A program made the translations under genes and the position numbers. From Minisyncoccota bacterium (GTDB lineage: Bacteria > Patescibacteriota > Minisyncoccia > Phycocordibacterales > JABAAK01), in contig OZ244939.1 in the NCBI GenBank assembly GCA_965222235.1, positions 94,041-158,040 on the forward strand: a DNA stretch of 64,000 nucleotides, written 5' to 3'. The notes under the pieces were generated by a model that saw only the letters and a program-made list of their open reading frames with translations, did no database searches and had not been told where the DNA came from. Positions 39,427 to 50,061 of the stretch are shown here, piece after piece. Each line of letters starts with the position of its first letter. Position 1 is the stretch's first letter.

Positions 39427-39912
39427 ATGCGTAAGAAAGTTTTTGCGGTTATTGCGTCGGTCGGTATCGCGATGGTGATTGCGGGATGTCAAACAACCCC
39501 GAACGAACCCGCCGGCGGAATCGTCGGCGGCATCATTGGCGGTGTGGTCGGCAACCAATTTGGCAGCGGCGGCGGAAAGATTGTCGCCACCGCGGTTGGT
39601 GCTGGCATCGGCGCGCTGGTCGGATCAAACATCGCGCGGGAGCTTGATCAGGAATCCAGGGCACGAGCGTCCGGTGCGATGACACAGGCACTGAACAGTT
39701 CCCATGCCGGCGGGCGGGAAGTTACCTGGAGCAATCCGGGGAACCCTTCCGGACTGGCAAGCGGTACGGTGCGTATCACCCGTAACGGGCGTGACAACAT
39801 CGGCAGGGCCTGTCGGGAATACCATCAGACTGTCAACATCGCCGGCAAAACTCAACAGGCGTACGGAATCGCCTGTCAAGACGGGAACGGCGATTGGGAA
39901 ATCGTCAACTGA
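39427..39912 (+). CDS. glycine-zipper lipoprotein (17-kDa surface antigen / SlyB-like)
   Basis: Signal peptide plus lipobox VIAGC. GxxxG glycine-zipper stretch GGIVGGIIGGVVGNQFGSGGGKIVATAVGAGIGALVGS. Cys-containing C-terminal domain. Confidence 0.65.
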   Translation: MRKKVFAVIASVGIAMVIAGCQTTPNEPAGGIVGGIIGGVVGNQFGSGGGKIVATAVGAGIGALVGSNIARELDQESRARASGAMTQALNSSHAGGREVTWSNPGNPSGLASGTVRITRNGRDNIGRACREYHQTVNIAGKTQQAYGIACQDGNGDWEIVN

Positions 39913-39937
39913 AACAGTAATCGTCGCTCAACTTTGA

Positions 39938-39970
39938 TACCCCCACCAATTGGTGGGGGTATGTTTTTTG
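39938..39970 (+). terminator. rho-independent terminator of the lipoprotein gene
   Basis: TACCCCCACC-aatt-GGTGGGGGTA followed by TGTTTTTTG. Confidence 0.7.
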
Positions 39971-40206
39971 ATATCGTGCCGCAACCATCGCTTCCCGCAT
40001 ATGACCGGCAACGTGCCGATGTCGAAACAATACCATCAGCAATATCTGCTGAAGCAGGGCGGGGTGTGGGGTGTGCGAAATCCCCCCTTTCTCCTATGTA
40101 TACCAAAGTTTAGACGCTATCCCGATCTCAGTGGCCGGAAAGTGAGTGCGTACAACACTTTTCTTTTTGTGGTATATACTGAAAGTATTAGCAATTAAAA
40201 TAAATT

Positions 40207-40509
40207 ATGAACATCATCACAAAATATATTTGTTGGGGCGCAGCAATAATGTTTGCTATAAGCGCGATTGGTTTGATACTCGGACCCTCACCGCTTGGTC
40301 TTATTTTCGCACCCATACTGGGCATCACATTCCCCCTGTTGAAAATAATAAGCACGCCGTTCGCATCGATACAGGCAATACTTTCCGGAGGCTTTTACGG
40401 CTCCCCCCACGGATTTTTCACGGTCTTTATCCTGCTGACCGGATGGAACACACTGCTCGGTGCTCTGGGAGGATGGATCGTGGGAACGATTGTCAGGCGG
40501 AAACAATAG
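40207..40509 (+). CDS. hypothetical polytopic membrane protein
   Basis: 100 aa with three hydrophobic helices. Confidence 0.35.
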   Translation: MNIITKYICWGAAIMFAISAIGLILGPSPLGLIFAPILGITFPLLKIISTPFASIQAILSGGFYGSPHGFFTVFILLTGWNTLLGALGGWIVGTIVRRKQ

Positions 40510-40630
40510 CAAAGAGCAGCAAGGAAAATAGGAGGTGGAGATTGGGGCGGCAGAGTGAAGCACACAGACACCATCCCGCCCGAAGAGGACAAACGGTACA
40601 CACTCGCTATTATATAACAGCATACCTTTA

Positions 40631-41311
40631 TCATCTATTTCTAGGATAAGGATACCAGGGCCAAATATCAAATTTGCTACGGTGTTCTTTGAGAATAATA
40701 CTCGCTAGGTGATTTCTGTTTTCTGAAATAAATGACTCATTACCATTTGCATTTCCCTTCTCACAAATTAATCCAGTGACTATGTCAGTCAACTGCATCA
40801 AGGAGTTTATACGAGAATCACAAGGCTGAAAATGTTCTATTTCACAATCCAAATACCGTTCAATATAACTCCTGGTCTTCTGCCTCCACTTTTCATCCCT
40901 TGATTGTCTGCTTTCCTGAAATTGGTCAAATAAAATATGCAACTTACTTGGATTCACTTCCTTCCGTAACTCTCCTCTAACAGCATTTCTGCTAATAAGT
41001 AAATACATAAATTTTAATTGTAGCTCCTCAGTAACCTTTTGTTCATCCAATTTCTTTGTATCTATAACAATGAAACGGAAAAATGCATTCATATCAGAGA
41101 TTGCTTTTATAAATTCCTTATAAAAACACATAATATCATCCGAGGTATGATCACTGACTTTTTCCCATTTTACCTCTCCCCAACACTTAAAACGCAATCG
41201 CAATTCAGAAACATGCCTTTCAAAATCTGAAACACATTCCTTCGGAGCCCAAACAGAACCCAACACAAAGAAACGCTTGTTAATACCAGATTCATCACAG
41301 GTAACAAACAT
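40631..41311 (-). CDS. DUF3800-like hypothetical protein (island 4)
   Basis: 226 aa. N-terminal TCDESG...FVLGSVW resembles the start of the DUF3800 family. AT-rich. Confidence 0.3.
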   Translation of the reverse strand: MFVTCDESGINKRFFVLGSVWAPKECVSDFERHVSELRLRFKCWGEVKWEKVSDHTSDDIMCFYKEFIKAISDMNAFFRFIVIDTKKLDEQKVTEELQLKFMYLLISRNAVRGELRKEVNPSKLHILFDQFQESRQSRDEKWRQKTRSYIERYLDCEIEHFQPCDSRINSLMQLTDIVTGLICEKGNANGNESFISENRNHLASIILKEHRSKFDIWPWYPYPRNR

Positions 41312-42151
41312 ACCAATACATATACATAAAAACTAAGAAAGCTTGCCCTTCAGACTATTTATGTTTTTTTGATAGGAATCCTCTGCGGGACCAAATATCT
41401 TAATGTTCTCAATTTCCCTGTCAACAAAGTCCCGTAATATTCTCTTTTCTCTTTCAGAAACCTCAAGATTCCCTCTTTTAGAAAACCATTTTTTCATATA
41501 CAAAACATGACTTATTAATAGTATAAGTATGCCATCACCATATGTCAATGAGACATATCCACAACACAAAACTATACTGGTCAACCCTAAATGACGAAGC
41601 AAATACTATTGATGCCCATACCTTAAGTAGTGAGGAGACAACAAGCGGAAAATTATCCTCACTTCAGAACTCTTTTTTAAATATTGATAACGTTGATTCT
41701 CATATAAAAAGAAGTATACTGACTATAACGAAGTAGAATTATGTTTGGAATAAAACACATACTCCGTATGGGCAGCACCCAGAAAAACGTTTCCGAAAGG
41801 ATGCAGGATGATTTGATGTATAAATTTATTCACATGTCTTCGCGGGAGCACAAAAAATTTATGAAAAAAATTATAAGAGGCGCTACAAAGAGACAAATAG
41901 AAACTCTCAAGAAAGCAGCGGGTATGAAAAAGATGTAAGCACTTCATCTAGACATCTCTACACCGTGTCATAGACAGCGCAACAACTTCTTCCGGAGCGG
42001 GAAGATTCCCGTCATTCTTAAAAAAATCTTTCTTATCCACCCGGACTCGTTTTTCATTACCGCTGCGCAATGTCTCCCCATGTTGTTGTCAGAAGAACAT
42101 TGAAAATGGTATATTGTCCGTGGGCTTCCCGCCACACAACAGGAGAGTGCT

Positions 42152-42424
42152 ATGACACCGGATCATGTTATTGCCGTTGCGAAGCAGTACCGCGCCGCCT
42201 TTATCAAAAAAGGCATCGCGGCCGAAAAGCATCCGACCGGAGAATTCCCCCATGATTCCATAAGTGCTTTAGAGCACTGCCATCGGATGCTTGACAATAT
42301 AATCACATTCGCTTCGGAGGGGCGCACGGGCAAGGCGTACCGATGGCTTGGTTTTGTTCAGGGAGTCTGCTGGAGCTCCGGCATGTATACCATAGACGAC
42401 ATGCGGGACCACAACCGGGGATAG
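42152..42424 (+). CDS. hypothetical protein
   Basis: 90 aa. GC-typical codon usage. AGGAGAG Shine-Dalgarno 7 nt before the ATG. Confidence 0.35.
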   Translation: MTPDHVIAVAKQYRAAFIKKGIAAEKHPTGEFPHDSISALEHCHRMLDNIITFASEGRTGKAYRWLGFVQGVCWSSGMYTIDDMRDHNRG

Positions 42425-42581
42425 CGTCAGGAGGCGGTGTGTACATCATCTGCACACCGCCTTTTTCAACCCGATGCACCGGAAATCGGTGCACGGTATA
42501 CATACTATATATTCCATATCTCCGGATATGTACAAACAGGAAAAGTTGACATCACCGCATATATCGTATATACCGTCATAC

Positions 42582-44735
42582 ATGCGACACCTTGTCATTG
42601 TTGAATCACCCACTAAAGTAAAAACGATAGGAAAGTATCTCGGTAAGGAATATCAGGTGGTAGCCTCCGTCGGACACATCAGGGACCTGCCGAAAAGTGA
42701 AAAAGAAGCCGTTGACATTGAACACGGTTTCACGCCGAACTATGTCGTCAACGCCGATAAGAAGAAAGTTGTCATGGATATAGCGAAAAAAGCGAAAGAT
42801 GCCGACACGGTCATTCTCGCGACCGACCCGGACCGCGAAGGAGAGGCCATAGCGTGGCATATACAACAGGCGGTCAACCTGAAAAATCCGGACCGGATTG
42901 TATTCCATGAAATCACCAAAGATGCCGTGCATGAGGCACTCAAACATCCGAGAAAAATAGATCAGTCCCTCCGAAAATCGCAGGAGGCGCGGCGGGTGCT
43001 TGACCGGCTGTTCGGCTACACGCTCAGCAAACTCATCTGGACCAAAGTCAGGTACGGACTCTCCGCCGGACGTGTCCAGTCGCCCGCGCTCCGCATTCTC
43101 ATGGAACGGGAGCGGGAAATACGGGCGTTCACGCCGGAAACTTACTTTGAACTGAACGGCACCTTCACGAGAAAAGACGGAAACGAATATATCGCGGAAT
43201 GCGAGAAAACATTCAGTGACAAAGAAACGGTCGGTACAATTCTTAAACGGGCAAAACAGGAACAGTGGCGCGTCGGCAATATACAGGAGAGAAATCAAAA
43301 ACGAAATCCCCGCCCCCCGTTTATCACCTCCACGCTGCAGCAGGCGGCAAACAGCGTGTTCGGGTGGTCACCGTCATATACCATGCGCAGTGCCCAGAAA
43401 CTCTACGAAGCGGGACATATCACCTATATGCGCACTGACTCAACTGCCCTGTCGGCGGCGGCCCACGATATGATCCGAAAACGGATAACGAAAGAATACG
43501 GCGCAAAGATGTATCAACGCACTGATTATAAAACTAAAAGTAAGTCGGCCCAGGAGGCGCATGAAGCCATACGCCCGAGCAATGTCAGCAACCCGTTCTG
43601 CGGCAGCACGAAGCAGGAAAAGATGCTCTACACGCTCATCCACCGAAGAACCGTCGCAAGCCAGATGATTGCCGCCGAAATGATACGCACGGTCGTTTCA
43701 TTCACCGCAGACAACATGCCCGCCTTCATCATCCGCGGCGTCATTATCACTAATGAAGGATGGTTCCTTGCCGATCCGGATGCCCGAAACGAAGATGTAT
43801 CCCTGCCGACCTTTACGGAAGGAGAGCACATGACCTGCACTGACATTCAGTCGGCGGAAAAACAGACGACTCCTCCTCCCCGATATTCGGAAGCCGGACT
43901 GGTGAAAGAGCTTGAGGCTCGCGGCATCGGCAGGCCGTCCACCTACGCATCAACTATTCAGACGATTATTGAACGAAAATATGTGGAAAAAGATAACCGT
44001 TCGCTCCGTCCGACCGACCTCGGCGATGTCGTCAGCACCTTTATCGAAAATAACTTCACGCCATATATCAGTGATTCATTTACGGCAGATATGGAGGAAC
44101 AGCTCGATGCCATCGCCAACGGAAACAAGGAGTACGAAGAGACCCTCACCTCATTCTATCGGCCGTTCAAAAAAAGTGTCGACGAAAAAAAAGATATTCC
44201 GAAGATCACATCGCTCGGTCCGGTGCCCGAAATGTACTCCTGCCCGGAATGCGGAGCGGTGATGGAATACAAACTGTCAAAATCAGGCACCTTCATGAGC
44301 TGCACGAAATACCCGGACTGCCGGGGAGCCAGAACACATGAAGGAAAAGAAATTCAGCCGCCGAAGCCGATCGGCAAACCATGTCCGACATGCGGTGAGC
44401 CGCTGGTGCAGCGGACCGGCAGATTCGGCGATTTCGTCAGCTGCGCCAACTATCCGAAGTGCAAATATGTGGAGGAAGATCCGGAGGAAAAAAAGCGGAG
44501 AGATACCGGCGTGCGATGCACCGTCTGCAAGGAAGGAACCATCATTGAGCGGCAGGGACGTTTCGGTCCGTTTTTCGGCTGCTCAGCATATCCGACATGT
44601 AATAATACGATGAATGCGCGACCGACCGGAGAAACCTGCACCGAGTGCGGCGCGCTCATGATGGAAGGGACAAAAACTATACCGAACCGGTGCTCCGTGA
44701 AATCGTGCCCCATGCACAATCCGCACAAAATGTAA
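42582..44735 (+). CDS. topA: DNA topoisomerase I with C-terminal zinc ribbons
   Basis: Toprim N-terminus HLVIVESPTKVKTIGKYLG. Catalytic region. Three C4 zinc ribbons (CPECG...C..C). Start at ATG 42582. Confidence 0.9.
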   Translation: MRHLVIVESPTKVKTIGKYLGKEYQVVASVGHIRDLPKSEKEAVDIEHGFTPNYVVNADKKKVVMDIAKKAKDADTVILATDPDREGEAIAWHIQQAVNLKNPDRIVFHEITKDAVHEALKHPRKIDQSLRKSQEARRVLDRLFGYTLSKLIWTKVRYGLSAGRVQSPALRILMEREREIRAFTPETYFELNGTFTRKDGNEYIAECEKTFSDKETVGTILKRAKQEQWRVGNIQERNQKRNPRPPFITSTLQQAANSVFGWSPSYTMRSAQKLYEAGHITYMRTDSTALSAAAHDMIRKRITKEYGAKMYQRTDYKTKSKSAQEAHEAIRPSNVSNPFCGSTKQEKMLYTLIHRRTVASQMIAAEMIRTVVSFTADNMPAFIIRGVIITNEGWFLADPDARNEDVSLPTFTEGEHMTCTDIQSAEKQTTPPPRYSEAGLVKELEARGIGRPSTYASTIQTIIERKYVEKDNRSLRPTDLGDVVSTFIENNFTPYISDSFTADMEEQLDAIANGNKEYEETLTSFYRPFKKSVDEKKDIPKITSLGPVPEMYSCPECGAVMEYKLSKSGTFMSCTKYPDCRGARTHEGKEIQPPKPIGKPCPTCGEPLVQRTGRFGDFVSCANYPKCKYVEEDPEEKKRRDTGVRCTVCKEGTIIERQGRFGPFFGCSAYPTCNNTMNARPTGETCTECGALMMEGTKTIPNRCSVKSCPMHNPHKM

Positions 44736-44739
44736 CCCG

Positions 44740-46227
44740 CTAGAGCGATCCCCGGTTATCAGAACCCCGAAAACCCGAATAGACGGATGACGGAACACCG
44801 TCATATATCATATGAGCACTGTTCAGTGTTAATATATCAAGTGTACCGTCACCTCCCCAATCCGCGAGCACGGAGGTTGCAAAAGAGATATCACTCGGCA
44901 TCGTTGTATCAACAGATCCGTCCGCGCCTTTCAGGAAATAGAGCAGACTGGATGCGGCTGATACATCAGCGGCGGACACAATGACGGTGGAAAGTGTTCT
45001 TCTTGCGAACAGACCCTTCTTCGTGAATACAACCGGGTTTGCAATGACCATTCCGGTGATACGACTCTCCCACAACACACCTCCGCTCCGTCCGTCCACA
45101 GCAATAATCGCACTTTCAATCTCTGAACTCTTAAGAATGTCAAGAAAGAGATGCTCATTTTTGGAACCGTCACCCTCTTCAAAAGATTCATTCTCAGCAC
45201 CGTCTGAAGCGACCGTTTCATCGTTCAACGCGGAGAGAATGATGAAATTTCTGACAAAGATAAGATCCGGATATCCGTCCGCATTCATATCCGTCATGAC
45301 GGGCGAGGCATATGAAAATATTTTTTCTCCTTCCGCTTCCCGCGCTTCAAGCACCGAAAGACGCTCTCCGGTAAAAGCGTCAAGGGTAATGAGATTGCCG
45401 CAGAGATCGGGAATATACACCTTCCCGGCGACACTGTCTGCAAACGGAGAGGCTATGGTCCCGTATTCGCACAGGTCATCGGTATATTTCCAGAGCATTG
45501 CTGCGCCGCCGCTGTCGGTGTACCGAAACGCATAGACCCCGCCGGGTTCATCATACGATCCGAAACCGAAATACATATACTCGCCGGCACCCTGCCTGAA
45601 AACGGCAAGTGAAGAGTACAGCGCTTCCCGCAGGGTATGCCGTTCCCGCAGCACAAAGTGTTCATCAAAGAACAGCAGCGCTGAAAACGGATCTCCCGTT
45701 CTTTTTTCAGGCACGGGAACATCCATTTCGTTGCGTAAAAAATCAACCTGCTCATCATCGTAGCTCATCAGCACCGCGTAACCGCCGTCAATGGACACCG
45801 CGGACACGGTATTAATGTAATATTCAAGATCATCATCAATGACAACACTCCAGTCAAATGAATCAAGATTGAGTAGGATGATTTTCCCGAGAAACGGTGC
45901 CAGCACCGCGGTATCGCCGATACACACCGCTGTTGCATTGCCGGGATTTTGAATCAGGCCGTCTTCTTCAGTGATGCGAAATACGGTTTCGCCGGGGAGT
46001 ATGTCAGAAACCGTGAGCAGTGAATCATGATCGCGATATATTCTGATAATGCGGTCCCCGCACTGCGACACATTTCCGACAAGACTGTCCAGATCGGACG
46101 AATCGTCGTCACTTTCCTGCCACGAAATCTCTTTCACGTCTTCAAAACTGCCCGCCGACACGACAATATATATAATGCAGGTAAGGATTATGACGTTAAT
46201 GATAAGAAGTTTTTTGAACACAATCAC
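44740..46227 (-). CDS. membrane-anchored FG-GAP-repeat beta-propeller protein
   Basis: N-terminal TM. Repeats containing DMNADGYPDLIFV and DWGGDGTLDILTL (FG-GAP Ca-binding-like). Confidence 0.5.
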   Translation of the reverse strand: MIVFKKLLIINVIILTCIIYIVVSAGSFEDVKEISWQESDDDSSDLDSLVGNVSQCGDRIIRIYRDHDSLLTVSDILPGETVFRITEEDGLIQNPGNATAVCIGDTAVLAPFLGKIILLNLDSFDWSVVIDDDLEYYINTVSAVSIDGGYAVLMSYDDEQVDFLRNEMDVPVPEKRTGDPFSALLFFDEHFVLRERHTLREALYSSLAVFRQGAGEYMYFGFGSYDEPGGVYAFRYTDSGGAAMLWKYTDDLCEYGTIASPFADSVAGKVYIPDLCGNLITLDAFTGERLSVLEAREAEGEKIFSYASPVMTDMNADGYPDLIFVRNFIILSALNDETVASDGAENESFEEGDGSKNEHLFLDILKSSEIESAIIAVDGRSGGVLWESRITGMVIANPVVFTKKGLFARRTLSTVIVSAADVSAASSLLYFLKGADGSVDTTMPSDISFATSVLADWGGDGTLDILTLNSAHMIYDGVPSSVYSGFRGSDNRGSL

Positions 46228-46278
46228 AGTATACAGCTATATGCATCTGACAGCAAAAGGTTGAGTATAGCGCCTCAC

Positions 46279-47775
46279 ATGCGGTATAGTGCGGTAATGA
46301 ACAAGACTGGGCATATCACCGTACAGGACATCCTCAGTGCCGTACAGTATCGCATATCAAACGCGGATAAAATGATCATAGAGCGGGCCTGCGCGTATGC
46401 GCAGGAAAAACATGCGGGGCAGAAACGATACTCCGGCCTCCCCTACTACACGCACACGTTTGAAGTGGGAAAACTCCTTGCGGAATATAACATGCCGGTC
46501 AACGTCATCGCTGCGGGCATCCTGCACGACACCCTTGAAGACACCGACACCCACGAGGAAGACCTGAGGCGGGATTTCAACGATGAAATCGCCTTTTTCG
46601 TTGAAAGCGTCAGCAATCTCGGCGAAGTGCGGTATCGCGGCCTGGATGTCAGAATTAAATCACTTCAGAAACTCTTCGTCGCCACCTCAAAGGATGTACG
46701 GGTTATCATCATCAAACTGATGGACCGGCTGCATAACATGCGGACAATTGACTCCGTGCCGAAAGAAAAGCAGAAGCGCATCTCAAAGGAAACCCAGCGG
46801 GTGTATGTGCCGATCGCCGACCGGCTCGGTATGGGAACAATCAAAAAAGAAATGGAGGATCTTGCGTTTAAAAATATTGACCCGAAAAACTACCGGGAAG
46901 TGAAAAAGAAAATTGACGAGTGGATCGGCACCATTTCAATACAGAACATTGAGCGGAAGGTCAGTTCCCTGCTCTCAAAAACGGGAGTGAAACACTTTGA
47001 AACCTCATCCCGGATAAAAAGTGTGTACAGCACCCATATGAAGATGGGGTTCAAGAAGTACACCTTTGAACAGATCAATGACATCATCGCGCTCAGGATT
47101 GTTGTTCGGGACACAGGCACTGCATACAATATACTCGGTATCATTCACGCAAACTGGTATCCGATTCCCGGCACATTCAAAGACTACATCTCCCTGCCGA
47201 AGCCGAACGGGTATCAGGCGCTGCATACCCGCATCATCATAGACAAGCATATTCTTGAAATCCAAATCCTTACTCATGCTATGTACCGGCATGCACAGAT
47301 CGGTATCGCCGCGCATTTCAACTACAAGGAAAAGAGGGCCGGAATCGCCGGCATTGAGGAGAAGTGGTTCAATAAGCTGCTCAGCCCGCACGGCATGCAT
47401 GCTATGCCGCGGCAGGAACAGAATCTGTCGCCCAGTGAAAAAAAGAAGGCCATGCGGAATTTCGCGGAAGATGTGGAGGCAGATTTTCTGCAGGAGCGAA
47501 TGTTTGTTTTCACGCCGAAAGGCGAGGTGGTTGATCTGCCGGTGCTGGCGACTGTCGTTGATTTTGCCTTTGCCATTCACAGCGATATCGGCATTCACGC
47601 GGAAGGTGCATTGGTGAACGGCACCTACACTTCGCTTAAACATGAACTTAAGAACGGGGACATTGTCAATGTGAAAACGGCAAAGAAACCGACCGTTACA
47701 AAAAAATGGCTTGACTGGGTGAAGACCGCGGAAGCGCGGTCACGCATCCGGCGGTTTATAAAGAAAAATTCCTGA
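46279..47775 (+). CDS. rel: RelA/SpoT-family (p)ppGpp synthetase/hydrolase, short form (HD + synthetase + TGS, no ACT)
   Basis: HD motif ILHDTLEDT. Synthetase region RIKSVYSTHMKM..IIALRIVV. TGS VFTPKGEVVDLP. Starts at the first ATG beyond the overlap with the upstream gene. TGA stop. Confidence 0.85.
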   Translation: MRYSAVMNKTGHITVQDILSAVQYRISNADKMIIERACAYAQEKHAGQKRYSGLPYYTHTFEVGKLLAEYNMPVNVIAAGILHDTLEDTDTHEEDLRRDFNDEIAFFVESVSNLGEVRYRGLDVRIKSLQKLFVATSKDVRVIIIKLMDRLHNMRTIDSVPKEKQKRISKETQRVYVPIADRLGMGTIKKEMEDLAFKNIDPKNYREVKKKIDEWIGTISIQNIERKVSSLLSKTGVKHFETSSRIKSVYSTHMKMGFKKYTFEQINDIIALRIVVRDTGTAYNILGIIHANWYPIPGTFKDYISLPKPNGYQALHTRIIIDKHILEIQILTHAMYRHAQIGIAAHFNYKEKRAGIAGIEEKWFNKLLSPHGMHAMPRQEQNLSPSEKKKAMRNFAEDVEADFLQERMFVFTPKGEVVDLPVLATVVDFAFAIHSDIGIHAEGALVNGTYTSLKHELKNGDIVNVKTAKKPTVTKKWLDWVKTAEARSRIRRFIKKNS

Positions 47776-48694
47776 AGTTATACACTTCTTCCTCGGCATC
47801 ATCAGGAGTATCATGTGCCGGGGCAGCTTTCTCCGTTGCGGCGGTCTGAGATGCCTGATGTTTTTCCTGTAGGCGGTCAATGATGCCTTTCAGGTCATCA
47901 TCGGAGAAATAATCAATGACGATTTTGCCGCCCGAAGCACCCTGTTTCTGAATGGACACCCGGGTATCAAGCATTCCCTCAATCATCATCTGCGCCTCCC
48001 GAACATACGGATCGGCATCAGGACGGCGCACCCGGTCAACCGCATGCCGCCGGGCGATGATCTCTGATTCCCGCACGGTTATCCTCCGCAGCACCATCTC
48101 ATCAAACAGCGCGCGCTGTTTCTGAACATCGTCTGAGAGCATCAGCAGCGGGCGGGTATGCCCTTCGGATATATTGCCCTCAACAACCGCCTGAATCATA
48201 TCCTCAGGGAGTGTCAAAAGCCGCAGACTGTTAGAGATATATTCCCTGCTCCGGCCCATGCGCCGCGCAACCTCGGTATGGGTCAGGGTAAACTCATCAA
48301 TCAGCCGCCTGAAAGCGCGTGCCCGGTCAATGGGGTTCAAATCCTCACGCTGTAGATTTTCAATAATGGCAAGCTCCAGACGGACATTGTTATCCTTAAT
48401 ATCCGAACGAATGACCACCGGCACCTGCCGGAGACCGGCGATTTTTGAGGCACGCAGGCGGCGCTCACCGGCAATCAGCTCGTAGCGCGCGGACATATCG
48501 CCGTCATCGGTAACCGCCTCCTTTTTTGTCACCACCAGCGGCTGCAGCACGCCGTACCGGCGGATGGATTGCGCCAAATTCCCTAATTTTTCATCAGAAA
48601 ACTCTTTGCGCGGCTGAAACGGATTCGGGTCAATTTTGTCAACCGCGACAAAAAAAACAGACAGTGGGGCGTGTGAATAATCCTCCATACTCAC
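47756..48694 (-). CDS. parB: chromosome partitioning protein ParB
   Basis: LQPLVV, ELIAGERRLRAS ParB box, HTH region, C-terminal extension. Confidence 0.85.
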   Translation of the reverse strand: MSMEDYSHAPLSVFFVAVDKIDPNPFQPRKEFSDEKLGNLAQSIRRYGVLQPLVVTKKEAVTDDGDMSARYELIAGERRLRASKIAGLRQVPVVIRSDIKDNNVRLELAIIENLQREDLNPIDRARAFRRLIDEFTLTHTEVARRMGRSREYISNSLRLLTLPEDMIQAVVEGNISEGHTRPLLMLSDDVQKQRALFDEMVLRRITVRESEIIARRHAVDRVRRPDADPYVREAQMMIEGMLDTRVSIQKQGASGGKIVIDYFSDDDLKGIIDRLQEKHQASQTAATEKAAPAHDTPDDAEEEVYNFRNFSL

Positions 48695-48768
48695 AGTATA
48701 CAGGACATATATTCGCTATACACGGCACGATTGATTGTGCAGGTCTCGGGATATACAATACCTGTACA

Positions 48769-48842
48769 GGGTCTGTAGTTTAATCGGTAAAACAGCGGTC
48801 TCCAAAACCGCCGTTCCAGGTTCAAGTCCTGGCGGACCCGCC
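48769..48842 (+). tRNA. tRNA-Trp (CCA)
   Basis: GGGTCTGTAGTTTAATCGGTAAAACAGCGGTCTCCAAAACCGCCGTTCCAGGTTCAAGTCCTGGCGGACCCG. All four stems pair. Confidence 0.8.
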
Positions 48843-49736
48843 GTATTCCCCGTCAAGCAGGCGATACAGCGCGGAAAACTCATGCTCATAAAACCAGCGT
48901 GCCTCGGGGTACCGGCGCCACCAAGTTTCCTGCCGCTTCGCGTATGCCGTAATCGCTCTGAACAGATTCTCCCGTGTCTCCTCTTTAGAAATGCGGCGGA
49001 CAAGCATACGGGACAGGTGCCGACATTCAAGACCGAGACTGTCAAACCACATCGGATCCGTACCCGCATTGAGCAACACCCGCATTTCCTCGGTCATCGC
49101 CTCAAAGCGTTCATCAAGGCGCCGGGCGATACGCCTGTACAGGTGTTCCCTGTTGTGCCTGATGCCGATCATCATATATGAAAAACGCTTCGTCCGTTTC
49201 CTGCGGAACGGAGTGCCGCCGCGGATAATTTCAAGGGCGCGGATTATCCGCCGTGGATTATCCGCATCTATCGTTGCATACGCATCCGGATCGCGTTCCT
49301 GCAGTTCCTGTCGGAGTGCCTGTATGTTTTTTCGCTCCGCATTGCGGCGGTACACGGGATCGGGAGGCACCTCGCTGAGTGCCCCCTCAAACAGCACTGC
49401 GTCGATATAAAAGCCGGTGCCGCCGGTGATAATCGGCAGTGCGCCGCGGGAACGGATATCCGACACCAGCGGAACGGCGCGTTCGGCGAACGCATGCGCG
49501 CTGTAATAGTCGCCGACAGACACCTCGCTGAGCATGTAATGCGGCACCCCCCGCATCTCCTCCTCGGACACCTTTCCGACCGTATGCACCAGTGAAGCGT
49601 ACACCTGCCGTGAATCTGCGGAGATGATTTCACCGCCGTACCGTAGCGCGATGTCAACTGCTAATGCGCTCTTTCCGCTTGCGGTTGATCCGACAATGAC
49701 GAGAACCGGAGCAGTATATATAGCATCGGTGTTCAT
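48822..49736 (-). CDS. miaA: tRNA dimethylallyltransferase MiaA
   Basis: P-loop LVIVGSTASGKSALA, ITGGTGFY. Start ATG 49736 right after tRNA-Leu. The annotated 3' end overlaps the tRNA-Trp 3' end by about 20 nt. Confidence 0.85.
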   Translation of the reverse strand: MNTDAIYTAPVLVIVGSTASGKSALAVDIALRYGGEIISADSRQVYASLVHTVGKVSEEEMRGVPHYMLSEVSVGDYYSAHAFAERAVPLVSDIRSRGALPIITGGTGFYIDAVLFEGALSEVPPDPVYRRNAERKNIQALRQELQERDPDAYATIDADNPRRIIRALEIIRGGTPFRRKRTKRFSYMMIGIRHNREHLYRRIARRLDERFEAMTEEMRVLLNAGTDPMWFDSLGLECRHLSRMLVRRISKEETRENLFRAITAYAKRQETWWRRYPEARWFYEHEFSALYRLLDGEYGGSART

Positions 49737-49738
49737 AG

Positions 49739-49823
49739 TGTGTGCCGGAGGAGGGACTTGAACCCTCACACCCGAAGGTACACGATTTTGAGTCGTGCGC
49801 GTCTGCCAATTCCGCCACTCCGG
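49739..49823 (-). tRNA. tRNA-Leu (CAA), CCA encoded
   Basis: Reverse complement GCCGGAGTGGCGGAATTGGCAGACGCGCACGACTCAAAATCGTGTACCTTCGGGTGTGAGGGTTCAAGTCCCTCCTCCGGCACCA. Confidence 0.85.
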
Positions 49824-50061
49824 CCTTGTGATACATACAGTATATACCCCGTTTACATTGATGCTGCACACATGAAAAGAATTCTTCTCCACAACGATGT
49901 ACGAAGGGAGGTTGTGTCGGGTGTGAGACTCACCTGCCCGGCGGCGGCGGAAGAGGGAGACAGCACTCCCGCCGTATGTCCGCTGAACGACAGCACACCG
50001 ACAAGTATACCCCGCCTGTCCGTTTCGTCAAAAAATACACCGATATGATGCAAGTAATACG

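Noticed and set aside
46027-46278. Upstream extension of the rel ORF
   Set aside because: It overlaps the FG-GAP gene on the opposite strand by 200 nt. The conserved Rel N-terminus begins near ATG 46279/46297.
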